Below, in pieces: positions 8,823 to 17,669 of a stretch of 28,400 bases of DNA. Where the stretch lies: contig JAAZXZ010000045.1 in the NCBI GenBank assembly GCA_014239895.1, positions 1-28,400 on the forward strand, written 5' to 3'. A program made the translations under genes and the position numbers. Within the stretch, counting starts at the first letter, position 1. Each line of letters opens with the position of its first letter. The notes under the pieces are model-generated. The model ran no database searches. It was not told where the DNA came from and saw nothing but the letters and a program-made list of their open reading frames with translations. The DNA is from Flavobacteriaceae bacterium (GTDB lineage: Bacteria; Bacteroidota; Bacteroidia; Flavobacteriales; Flavobacteriaceae).

Positions 8823-9242
8823 CTAAAACATATCTTCCTCAGAAAAATGAAATCTAGATTCAATTAATGCATTTTCATTAGTGTCACTCCCATGAATAGC
8901 ATTTTCACTAATAGAAGTTGCAAATAGTTTTCTAATTGTACCAGCAGCAGCAGCAGCGGGATCAGTAGATCCAATAAGTAATCTAAATTGTTCCACAGCA
9001 TCTTCCTTTTCTAGTACTGCAGCTACAATTGGCCCCCTAGTCATATATGAAACTAATTCATCAAAAAATGGACGTTCTCTATGAATAGAATAAAAGTTTC
9101 TTGCATCCTTATTACTCATCTGGGTTAATTTCATTGCTACAATTCTAAAACCAGCTGAATTTATTTTTTCAAGTATTGCCCCTATATTTCCCTTTTCAAC
9201 TGAATCAGGTTTTAACATCGTAAAAGTTCTATTTGTTGTCAT
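8823..9242 (-). CDS. ndk: Nucleoside diphosphate kinase
   Basis: [28 protein letters not shown], and NAIHGSD with the phospho-His. Confidence 0.98.
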   Translation of the reverse strand: MTTNRTFTMLKPDSVEKGNIGAILEKINSAGFRIVAMKLTQMSNKDARNFYSIHRERPFFDELVSYMTRGPIVAAVLEKEDAVEQFRLLIGSTDPAAAAAGTIRKLFATSISENAIHGSDTNENALIESRFHFSEEDMF

Positions 9243-9256
9243 CTATTTTTTGAGTG

Positions 9257-9264
9257 CAAAAGTA
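9257..9264 (-). promoter_or_regulatory. Putative -7 element for ndk
   Basis: TACTTTTG(CA) on the minus strand, an exact consensus match 14 nt before the ATG. Confidence 0.65.
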
Positions 9265-9333
9265 ACACTTTTTGCTAAATAGTAAATAAAATAAAAATTA
9301 CCTTTATTGTATTATGTCGTATATTCGCAAATT

Positions 9334-10344
9334 ATGACGCAAAAAGATGTTCAAGAAATAAAAGGAATCTTATCAGAGCCAAAAAAGATAGTTATTGTAC
9401 ACCACAAAAATGCAGATGGCGATGCTATTGGATCTTCAATGGCTCTAAACACCTATTTAAATATATGTGGACATAAATCAAATGTTATTAGTCCAAATAA
9501 ATTTCCTGATTTCTTAAAATGGCTTGACAACAAAAATGAAATTGCCATATTTAATAATTCAGATCATCAAATAAATCTTATAAATAATTCTGATATAATA
9601 TTTACTCTTGATTTTAATAGTTTGGAGAGATGTGGAGACATGAAAGATTTAATCAATAAGTCTAAAGCCATAAAAATACTTATTGATCATCATGAAAACC
9701 CAAAGAACTATGCTGACTATCTATATTCTGATACAAAAATTAGTTCTACCTGTGAAATGATATATCATTTTATTGAAAAATTAGGTGATAATGACAAGAT
9801 AAATTCATCTATTGCCGAAGCTATATATACAGGTATAATGACTGATACAGGTTCTTTTAAATTTTCATCTACATCAAGTATAACACATAAAGTAATTTCA
9901 GATCTATTAGAAAAAGGGGCTGATAAAACCAAAATTCATAATGAAATATATGATAACAATAGAATTGAAAAGATCAAGTTGTTGAGTTTTGCATTAAATA
10001 AAATTGAAATTATTCCTGAATATAATACAGCTTTTATCACATTAGCTCAAAAGGATTTAAATAACTTTAATTTTAGAAAAGGTGATACAGAAGGAATTGT
10101 AAATTATGGATTGTCAATAAAAAAAATAAAGTTTGCTGCAATATTTATTGAAGATAAAAAAGAGAACATAATCAAAATTTCTTTTAGATCTAAAGGAAAT
10201 TTTGATGTGAATAAATTTTCAGGAGACACTTTTAATGGTGGTGGACATAAGAATGCTTCAGGAGCAATTAGTAGAGATTCTTTATCATCAACAATTGTTA
10301 ATTTTAAAAATGCATTAAAAAAATATAAAACTGAACTAAACTAA
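9334..10344 (+). CDS. nrnA: DHH family phosphoesterase (bifunctional oligoribonuclease/pAp phosphatase NrnA)
   Basis: H.NADGDAIGS, LD, IDHH, TGIMTDTGSF, KISFRS, GGGHKNASG. ATG at 9334 is preferred over the TTG at 9307. Confidence 0.9.
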   Translation: MTQKDVQEIKGILSEPKKIVIVHHKNADGDAIGSSMALNTYLNICGHKSNVISPNKFPDFLKWLDNKNEIAIFNNSDHQINLINNSDIIFTLDFNSLERCGDMKDLINKSKAIKILIDHHENPKNYADYLYSDTKISSTCEMIYHFIEKLGDNDKINSSIAEAIYTGIMTDTGSFKFSSTSSITHKVISDLLEKGADKTKIHNEIYDNNRIEKIKLLSFALNKIEIIPEYNTAFITLAQKDLNNFNFRKGDTEGIVNYGLSIKKIKFAAIFIEDKKENIIKISFRSKGNFDVNKFSGDTFNGGGHKNASGAISRDSLSSTIVNFKNALKKYKTELN

Positions 10345-10349
10345 TAAAA

Positions 10350-11489
10350 ATGAAAACTAGATTACCAATATTAATTTTTCTATTGTTAAATATCCTTTTT
10401 GTCTCATGTCAAGACAAGCATACTGATCTTGAAAATGGACTATTTGCAGAATTTAAAACAACTCATGGGACTATGGTTGCTGAATTATACTATGAAAAAA
10501 CACCTATTACTGTTGCAAACTTTGTAGCATTAGCTGAAGGGAATCATCCAGATGTTCGGGAAGTTTTTAAAGGGAAACCTTATTATAATGGGATAATCTT
10601 CCATAGAGTTATGGATAAATTTATGATTCAAGGTGGTGATCCAGAAGCAACTGGGAAAGGTGGTCCTGGATACCAGTTCTTTGATGAGATTACAAATTTA
10701 AAACATGATAAACCTGGAGTTCTTTCCATGGCAAATGGTGGTCCAGCAACAAATGGAAGCCAGTTTTTTATAACAGAAGCTCCTGCCCCATGGCTTGATG
10801 GCCTACACACAGTTTTTGGTCAATTAGTAAAGGGAATAGAAATTCAAGATTCTATATCTAATGTAAAAACTGGAACTGGAAACAGACCTATTTCTGATGT
10901 AATTATAAATGAGTTAAATATTATAAGAAAAGGCGAAGCAGCACAATTATTTGATGCTCCAATAACTTGGGGAAATAAAGATAAAATTGAAAGTAACTCA
11001 AAAATACAAGAGGAATTAAAGATGAAAGAGGTAATCAAAAAGATGGATTCTTTAGCAAAAATAGATCTTATAAAATTAGATGAATACAATAAAAAGTCAA
11101 TAAAGCAAAAATCTGGAGTTAAAATATACGTAATAAAACAAGGAAAGGGGATAAAACCAAAAGATGGTAATGTAGTAAAATTATATGCTGATGGTTATTT
11201 AACAAACGGAGTATTATTTTGGTCAAATAATATAGACATAAATGAAAGACATGGCAAGTATGATGTAGATAAAGAAGCTAGAGGTTTTTATGATCCTATA
11301 GAAATGGAATTAAGTCCAGACATGCAATTGATTCCAGGGTTTAAAGAAGCTGTTTATACTATGAATGTTGGGGATATAATTTATTGCTTTATTCCATATC
11401 ATTTAGCCTATGGAAGTGAGTCTAGGGGTTTAATTCTCCCTAATTCAGACTTGTCTTTTATAATACATATGGTTACTGCTGAAAACTAA
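10350..11489 (+). CDS. Lipoprotein peptidyl-prolyl isomerase with cyclophilin and FKBP domains
   Basis: Lipobox FVS-C. Cyclophilin motifs FHRVMDKFMIQGGDP, GVLSMANGGP.TNGSQFFIT, WLDGLHTVFG. FKBP motifs LIPGFKEA..TMNVG and FIPYHLAYG. Confidence 0.92.
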   Translation: MKTRLPILIFLLLNILFVSCQDKHTDLENGLFAEFKTTHGTMVAELYYEKTPITVANFVALAEGNHPDVREVFKGKPYYNGIIFHRVMDKFMIQGGDPEATGKGGPGYQFFDEITNLKHDKPGVLSMANGGPATNGSQFFITEAPAPWLDGLHTVFGQLVKGIEIQDSISNVKTGTGNRPISDVIINELNIIRKGEAAQLFDAPITWGNKDKIESNSKIQEELKMKEVIKKMDSLAKIDLIKLDEYNKKSIKQKSGVKIYVIKQGKGIKPKDGNVVKLYADGYLTNGVLFWSNNIDINERHGKYDVDKEARGFYDPIEMELSPDMQLIPGFKEAVYTMNVGDIIYCFIPYHLAYGSESRGLILPNSDLSFIIHMVTAEN

Positions 11490-12949
11490 TTTTTCTTAGG
11501 AATATTTTTTAATATCTCAATTAAAAAATTCCAAAATTTCTTAGTTGATGAAATACAGGCCTTCTCGTCAGGAGAGTGAGCTCCAAGAATTGTAGGTCCA
11601 AAACTAATCATCTCCATATTAGGATAATGAGAACCTATAATTCCACATTCTAAACCTGCATGGATAACATTTACCTTTGGTTGTTGATTATTTAATTTCT
11701 TATAACAATTAACTGCGACTGATAATATATCTGAATTCATATTAGGTTCCCAACCAGGATATCCTCCAGACAATTCTACTTGAAAATCATTATTTTTAAA
11801 AATATTACTAATCAAATTAGATAATTCATTTTTTGAGTTCTCTACAGATGATCTGGTAAGACACTTAATTATGATTGTTCCACCACTAACAACAATACTT
11901 GCTAGATTATTTGAAGTTTCTACTAAATTATCTATTGTTTTACTCATTAAAAATACCCCATTTGGACATGCCTCTAAGCATTCAATTAATTTTTGATGAT
12001 CATCTTTATTAAGTGGCTTATATTCTCCAATAGCATCAGATAAACTAATGTTAAAATTTGGATCTAAATCTTTATACTTTGTTTTTTTCAAATCATAAAA
12101 ATTAGTTATTTCTTGATTTATTTTAGAATAGTCATCTTTTTTAATTTGAACTATAGAATAACTTTCTCTAGGAATTGCATTCCTAAGATTTCCTCCTTTA
12201 ATTTCACTTATTCTAACATCAAATTTAGAATCAAGATCTTTTATTAATGAGTTTAAAATTTTATTAGAATTTCCAAGACCCTTGTGAATTTCTGCACCAG
12301 AATGTCCTCCAGTAAGACCATTAACCAGAATCTTTACAAAAGTGCTATGTGGATCAATATCATCAGTCATATATGTTTTACTAATATTTATATCTATTCC
12401 TCCAGCACAACCAATACAAATCTCGTCATCTTCTTCTGTATCTAAATTCAATAAAATTTCTCCATTAAGAGCATTTCCGTCAAGATTCAATGCTCCAGTC
12501 ATTCCTGTTTCCTCATCAATAGTAAATAGGGCTTCTATTTCAGGGTGAGATATATCCGTACTTTGTAAAATACTCATTATTGAAGCAACACCAAGTCCAT
12601 TGTCAGCTCCTAGCGTAGTACCTTTAGCCTTTACCCAATCTCCATCAATATGCATAATTATACCAGAATTTTCAAAGTCAAACTCTACATCATTATTTTT
12701 CTCATGAACCATATCTACATGAGATTGTAGAACAATTGTCTTACAATTCTTCATGTCATCAGTAGAAGGTTTATTAATTATTAAATTTCCTATACTATCC
12801 TTAAAACAATTTAGATTTAATTTTTTAGCAAATTGAATTAAAAAGTCTACAACCTTTTCTTCTCTTTTAGACGGTCTAGGAACAGAATTTAAATCTGTAA
12901 AATTATTCCACAAACTACTAGGTTCAATAACTCGAATTTCATTATTCAT
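11486..12949 (-). CDS. pepD: Aminoacyl-histidine dipeptidase (M20 family)
   Basis: VPRPSKREE, LQSHVDMV, TLGADNGLG, DEETGMTGA, LDTEE, GGHSG, HAGLECG, GAHSPDE. ATG at 12949 is preferred over the TTG at 12970, which lies inside the promoter element. Confidence 0.95.
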   Translation of the reverse strand: MNNEIRVIEPSSLWNNFTDLNSVPRPSKREEKVVDFLIQFAKKLNLNCFKDSIGNLIINKPSTDDMKNCKTIVLQSHVDMVHEKNNDVEFDFENSGIIMHIDGDWVKAKGTTLGADNGLGVASIMSILQSTDISHPEIEALFTIDEETGMTGALNLDGNALNGEILLNLDTEEDDEICIGCAGGIDINISKTYMTDDIDPHSTFVKILVNGLTGGHSGAEIHKGLGNSNKILNSLIKDLDSKFDVRISEIKGGNLRNAIPRESYSIVQIKKDDYSKINQEITNFYDLKKTKYKDLDPNFNISLSDAIGEYKPLNKDDHQKLIECLEACPNGVFLMSKTIDNLVETSNNLASIVVSGGTIIIKCLTRSSVENSKNELSNLISNIFKNNDFQVELSGGYPGWEPNMNSDILSVAVNCYKKLNNQQPKVNVIHAGLECGIIGSHYPNMEMISFGPTILGAHSPDEKACISSTKKFWNFLIEILKNIPKKN

Positions 12950-12967
12950 ATATGTGTTTTTGAGATA

Positions 12968-12975
12968 CAAATTTA
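12968..12975 (-). promoter_or_regulatory. Putative -7 element for pepD
   Basis: TAAATTTG on the minus strand, an exact consensus match 18 nt before the ATG at 12949. Confidence 0.65.
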
Positions 12976-12976
12976 A

Positions 12977-13011
12977 TTAATAAATAGATTAACTTAATAT
13001 CTATTTATTAA
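12977..13011. repeat. Inverted repeat in the pepD/DUF3810 divergent intergenic region
   Basis: TTAATAAATAGAT (12977-12989) and ATCTATTTATTAA (12999-13011) are exact reverse complements. The centre ATTAA-C-TTAAT is itself palindromic. Confidence 0.85.
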
Positions 13012-13019
13012 CTTTATTT

Positions 13020-14126
13020 ATGCTTAAATTAAAGAAAATATTAGCCTTAAGCCTAATTCCTCAATATTTAGTTGTACAATTTCTTTCCTATTACCCTGAT
13101 TTTATTGAAATAATATATTCTAATTATATATATACATATATATCAGGTTTTTTAAGAAGCATTTCTATTAAAATCCCATTTGCAATTGGAGATATATTCT
13201 ATCTTTTTGTTAGTATTTTCTCAATTTATTGGATTGTCTTAAATATAAAAAGTCCTAAAAAACTATTTGTTGAAATATTTGCTGGTATATCTGTTATATA
13301 TTTTTTTTTTAATATAAGCTGGGGTCTTAACTACTACAGAATACCAATAAATAAACAAATTGAAGATGTTAATTACTCATATGAAGACTTAAATAAGTTT
13401 ACAACAGAATTAATTCAAAAAATTAATAAACTACATAATAAACTTACAGTAAGTGACACCTTGAAAGTTGTTCTTCCTTATAATTTTAAAGAAAATTCAA
13501 GAATAGCTATTAATAGCTATATTAAATTGTCCAAAAAAAATATGTCAAATAACAATGAAAATAGTTTAATGATTAAATCCTTAAAGAGTATATCTAATTT
13601 CACTAATCGTAAGAATAATGAAAATATAAAAGCATCTATCATAAGCTATCCCCTAACCTATATGGGTTTTAGTGGATATTTAAACCCTTTTACACATGAA
13701 TACAATATTAATGGATTAATACCCAATAATAGTATTCCTATGGTAATGAGTCATGAAATTGCTCATGAAATAGGTTTTTCATCTGAAATGGAAGCTAACT
13801 TTATTGGCTATATAGCATTAATTAGTAGTGATAACCTGTACTACCAATATTTTGGAAACACTTTTGCTTTAAGACAATGCTTAAGTGAATTACAAAAAGA
13901 TAATAAGGAGATATATAATTCACATCTTTCCTCTATAAACAGAGGAATATTAAAAAACTATAGAGAAATTTTTGAATTTTGGGATAATTATAATAATCCA
14001 CTTGAGCCTATTATTAAAAAAATCTATGACAGTTTCTTAAAAATAAATAAAGTAAAAAATGGTATTAGAAGTTATAATCAAAGTCTTTCTTTAATTTTAA
14101 ACTATAATAAATTCTATAATGATTAA
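13020..14126 (+). CDS. DUF3810 domain membrane protein, predicted zinc metallopeptidase
   Basis: N-terminal TMs, PFAIGD, WGLNYYR, SGYLNPFTHE, and HEIAHEIGFSSEMEANFIG (HExxH plus downstream E). Confidence 0.85.
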   Translation: MLKLKKILALSLIPQYLVVQFLSYYPDFIEIIYSNYIYTYISGFLRSISIKIPFAIGDIFYLFVSIFSIYWIVLNIKSPKKLFVEIFAGISVIYFFFNISWGLNYYRIPINKQIEDVNYSYEDLNKFTTELIQKINKLHNKLTVSDTLKVVLPYNFKENSRIAINSYIKLSKKNMSNNNENSLMIKSLKSISNFTNRKNNENIKASIISYPLTYMGFSGYLNPFTHEYNINGLIPNNSIPMVMSHEIAHEIGFSSEMEANFIGYIALISSDNLYYQYFGNTFALRQCLSELQKDNKEIYNSHLSSINRGILKNYREIFEFWDNYNNPLEPIIKKIYDSFLKINKVKNGIRSYNQSLSLILNYNKFYND

Positions 14127-14916
14127 AAAAATAAGAAGTGTAACCAATTCTGAAATAAAAGAATACACTAAACTATTAAAGAAATCAAAAGCTAGAAGAG
14201 AAGCAAAACTATTCTTAATTGAAGGAGCTAGAGAGTTAAATATTGCAATTAAGAATAACTATTCTATCTGTAAAATCATGTTTAATCCAAATCTTATAGA
14301 TGAAAATGAGGTTAAAAAATATGTCGGAGATAAAATCAAATGTATAGAAGTGAGTCAGAATGTATACAATAAGATTTCTTATAGAAGCAGTACTGAAGGA
14401 ATTATAGCTCTAGCTGAAGAAAAAAATCACAAATTAGAAAAATTGAAATTTAAGTCAACTACTCCCCTAATAATGATTCTGGATGGAATAGAAAAACCCG
14501 GGAACATAGGCGCATTATTAAGAACGTCTGATGCAGCAAAAGTAGATGCTGTGTTTATTGTTAACCAAAAAACTGATCTGTATAATCCTAATATTATTAG
14601 ATCTAGTATTGGATGCTTATTTAGCAATCAAATAATTTTATCTAATATAAAAGATACTATAGATTTTCTTAATAAAACTAAAATCCAAATAATCTCAACT
14701 TCATTAACAGCTTCTAAGCAATATCAAAAAATAAATTATAAAAAAGCATCTGCAATAGTTCTAGGATCAGAAGATAAGGGAATAAGTAAAGAATGGCATT
14801 CGAAATCCAATGAGCTAATATATATACCAATGGAAGGTCAAGCAAACTCCTTAAACGTGTCTAATTCCGGGGCTATAATCATATATGAAGCTAAAAGACA
14901 GAGAAATTTTACATAA
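14119..14916 (+). CDS. TrmH/SpoU family RNA 2'-O-methyltransferase
   Basis: FLIEGARE, LDGIEKPGNIGALLRT, LGSEDKGIS, IPMEGQANSLNVS. Confidence 0.93.
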   Translation: MIKKIRSVTNSEIKEYTKLLKKSKARREAKLFLIEGARELNIAIKNNYSICKIMFNPNLIDENEVKKYVGDKIKCIEVSQNVYNKISYRSSTEGIIALAEEKNHKLEKLKFKSTTPLIMILDGIEKPGNIGALLRTSDAAKVDAVFIVNQKTDLYNPNIIRSSIGCLFSNQIILSNIKDTIDFLNKTKIQIISTSLTASKQYQKINYKKASAIVLGSEDKGISKEWHSKSNELIYIPMEGQANSLNVSNSGAIIIYEAKRQRNFT

Positions 14917-14944
14917 TAATAAATCCTAAATTTTTATTAAAGCC

Positions 14945-14975
14945 TTTGTCTATTAATTTGTTTATGGTAATTTTA
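14945..14975 (+). promoter_or_regulatory. Putative rel promoter (-33 TTTG, 19 nt spacer, -7 TAATTTTA)
   Basis: TTTG at 14945-14948, then 19 nt, then TAATTTTA at 14968-14975 (one mismatch to TAnnTTTG), 4 nt before the ATG. Confidence 0.55.
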
Positions 14976-14979
14976 GATT

Positions 14980-17190
14980 ATGGCAGTCAAAGATATTGAC
15001 CTAGAAAAAAAAGCATTAGCTAAAGAATATAAAGAACTACTTAAGATTAGTTATCAAACACTGAGCAGTGATGATAAAAAATTGATAAGAAAGGCTTTTA
15101 ATTTTGCAGTAGATGCGCATGAACATCAAAGAAGAATTTCTGGTGAAGCATATATTTTTCATCCCATTGCTGTAGCAAAAATAATTGCTTATGAAATTGG
15201 ATTAGATGCAATATCTATTGCCGCAGCACTCATTCATGATGTAGTTGAAGATAACAGTAATTATAGTATCCAGAATATAAAAAAAGTTTTTGGGAAGAAC
15301 ATTGCTAAAATTGTTGATGGACTTACTAAAATATCTAATCTTGATAAAGAAGCTAACACTTCACAACAAGCAGAAAATTATAGAAAAATGTTACTTACTC
15401 TAAATGAAGATGTTAGAGTAATAATAATCAAGATAGCTGATAGATTACATAATATGCAGACATTATCATCAATGCCTGTAGAAAAACAAATAAAAAAAGC
15501 ATCTGAGACACTCTACATTTATGCCCCCTTGGCTCATAGGATAGGGCTTTATAATATAAAAACTGAATTAGAAGATTTAGGTTTAAAATACACAGATCCC
15601 GAAACATATGATGATATATCAAAAAAATTAATCGAAAATAAGAAAGATCAAGATGAGTATATAGAAAAATTTAACCAAGCTGTTAGTAAATCTCTAAATA
15701 AAGAAAAACTAAAATATGTAATTAAAGGGAGATCTAAGTCTATCTATTCTATTAGAAACAAAATGATTAAACAAGATGTTTCATTTGAAGAGATATATGA
15801 TAAATTTGCAGTTAGAATTATATATAAGTCAAATGTTAAAAATGAGAAGTTTTTAGCATGGAAAATATATTCAATTGTAACAGATCATTTTACTCCAAAT
15901 CCTATAAGACTTAGGGATTGGATATCTGCTCCAAAATCTACTGGATATGAAGCATTACATATAACTGTTGTTGGGCCAAAAAGCAAATGGATTGAAGTTC
16001 AAATCAGGAGTGAAAGAATGAATGAAATAGCAGAAAAAGGTTATGCTGCACATTATAGGTATAAACAGAAGAATGAAAAATCTGATGACAGTTTAGATGC
16101 ATGGATAAATAAATTACAAGAAGCTTTAGAAAATCCCGACACTAATGCAGTTGATTTTGTTGAACAATTCAAACTAAACTTATATGCAAAAGAAATCTTT
16201 GTATTTACGCCTCAAGGTGAATTAAAATCCTTACCTGTAGACGCCACACCACTTGATTTTGCTTTTGCAATTCATACAGAAGTTGGCCTTAAGACTAGGG
16301 GTGCTAAAGTAAATGGCAAACTTGTTCCTTTAAATAGAAAACTTAAAAGTGGAGATAGAGTTGAAATTTTAAAGTCTGAAAAAATAAAACCAAGTGCAAA
16401 TTGGATGGATTATGCAACAACTGCTAGAGCAAGAAGTAAAATAAAATCTACTCTAAATACTGAAAAAAAGAATTTAGCTAAAGAAGGAAAAGAAAAATTG
16501 AGGAGAAAATTAAAACAGCTAAGACTAACACTAAATGATAGAATGATTAATGAGCTTCAAAAATTCTTTAAGCTTAGTACTAGTTTAGATTTATTTTATA
16601 GAGTTGGCATAAATACTATTGATAATACAATGATTAAGAAATTCGCATCATCCAGAAGCAATGTCTTTATAAGCTACATAAAAAATAAGATAAGTCGAAA
16701 ACCTAAAGAGAAAGAGACAGAAAAAGAAGAAATAACAAAAAAGTATGATTTACTCGTTTTTGGAAATAATGAAGAAAAATTAGATTATACAATATCAACG
16801 TGTTGCAACTCGATACCAGGAGATAATGTTTTTGGTTTTATTACAATAAATGATGGAATTAAAATTCATAAAAAGAATTGTCCAAATGCATTAAGAATGC
16901 AATCAAATTATGATTATAGAATACTTAAAGCTAAATGGATTGATTCAACACAAGAAGAATTTACTGTTTCAATAGATTTAACAGGAATAGATAAGATAGG
17001 TTTACTAAATAATATTACACATGTAATTTCTGAAAATATGAATATAAATATCCGAAAATTAAATCTTGAAACTGATGGAGGTGTTTTCAAAGGAAATATT
17101 GTCATTTCTGTAAAGACAAATAATTTAGTAAATAAAGTAATTGAAAAACTTAAAAAATTAAATGGAATTGAAAAAGTTAATAGACTTTAA
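14980..17190 (+). CDS. rel: Bifunctional (p)ppGpp synthetase/hydrolase, long RSH (Rel/SpoT)
   Basis: Hydrolase H..Q.R.SGE.YIFHP, HDVVED, KIADRLHNM. Synthetase GRSKSIYSI, RLRD, YEALH, EVQIRS. TGS domain DFAFAIHTEVG. Zn site CCN...H..NC. C-terminal ACT domain. Confidence 0.97.
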   Translation: MAVKDIDLEKKALAKEYKELLKISYQTLSSDDKKLIRKAFNFAVDAHEHQRRISGEAYIFHPIAVAKIIAYEIGLDAISIAAALIHDVVEDNSNYSIQNIKKVFGKNIAKIVDGLTKISNLDKEANTSQQAENYRKMLLTLNEDVRVIIIKIADRLHNMQTLSSMPVEKQIKKASETLYIYAPLAHRIGLYNIKTELEDLGLKYTDPETYDDISKKLIENKKDQDEYIEKFNQAVSKSLNKEKLKYVIKGRSKSIYSIRNKMIKQDVSFEEIYDKFAVRIIYKSNVKNEKFLAWKIYSIVTDHFTPNPIRLRDWISAPKSTGYEALHITVVGPKSKWIEVQIRSERMNEIAEKGYAAHYRYKQKNEKSDDSLDAWINKLQEALENPDTNAVDFVEQFKLNLYAKEIFVFTPQGELKSLPVDATPLDFAFAIHTEVGLKTRGAKVNGKLVPLNRKLKSGDRVEILKSEKIKPSANWMDYATTARARSKIKSTLNTEKKNLAKEGKEKLRRKLKQLRLTLNDRMINELQKFFKLSTSLDLFYRVGINTIDNTMIKKFASSRSNVFISYIKNKISRKPKEKETEKEEITKKYDLLVFGNNEEKLDYTISTCCNSIPGDNVFGFITINDGIKIHKKNCPNALRMQSNYDYRILKAKWIDSTQEEFTVSIDLTGIDKIGLLNNITHVISENMNINIRKLNLETDGGVFKGNIVISVKTNNLVNKVIEKLKKLNGIEKVNRL

Positions 17191-17198
17191 ATTTTAAT

Positions 17199-17206
17199 TA
17201 AATTTG
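17199..17206 (+). promoter_or_regulatory. Putative internal -7 element for fur
   Basis: TAAATTTG exact match inside the 20-nt rel-fur gap, 4 nt before the ATG. Confidence 0.6.
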
Positions 17207-17210
17207 TCAT

Positions 17211-17663
17211 ATGACTAAAGAAGCTATAATAAGTAATAACGAAATTGTAAAAAAAGTATTTACAAGTTTTTTAAATAAAAAAGGCTATAGGAAAACTCCT
17301 GAAAGATATGCTATATTAAATGAAGTATATAATACTAAATTGCATTTTGATATAGAATCTCTGTATATAAAAATGAAAAATAAAAAGTACAGAGTTTCTA
17401 GAGCTACTCTATATAACACTATAGAATTATTATTAAAATGTTCATTAGTAAGAAAGCATCAATTCTCACAGGACCAGCAAGCCTCTTATGAAAAATGTTA
17501 TTTTAATAAACAGCATGATCATCTTATTTTGATCGATTCTGGAGAAGTTATAGAATTTTGTGACCCAAGAATTGAAACAATTAAAAAGACTATTGAAGAA
17601 GTTTTTAATGTAAAAATAGATAGTCACTCATTATACTTTTATGGAAAAAATAATAATAAATAG
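17211..17663 (+). CDS. fur: Fur family transcriptional regulator
   Basis: [41 protein letters not shown]. Bacteroidota-type Fur without CxxC pairs. Confidence 0.92.
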   Translation: MTKEAIISNNEIVKKVFTSFLNKKGYRKTPERYAILNEVYNTKLHFDIESLYIKMKNKKYRVSRATLYNTIELLLKCSLVRKHQFSQDQQASYEKCYFNKQHDHLILIDSGEVIEFCDPRIETIKKTIEEVFNVKIDSHSLYFYGKNNNK

Positions 17664-17669
17664 GATAGA

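Noticed and set aside
8943-8957. (GCT)5 microsatellite in ndk encoding PAAAAAG
   Set aside because: Same length as the usual PAEAAEG-type loop, so no expansion or frame effect.
9256-9275. Small dyad GCAAAA...TTTTGC over the ndk promoter
   Set aside because: Only 6-bp arms, largely explained by the -7 element itself.
13301-13310. T10 run in DUF3810 (and A10 at 26329-26338 in the S8 signal peptide) as phase-variation tracts
   Set aside because: A couple of 10-mers are expected by chance in 28 kb at this AT content. Both genes are in frame and the runs encode Phe-rich hydrophobic segments.
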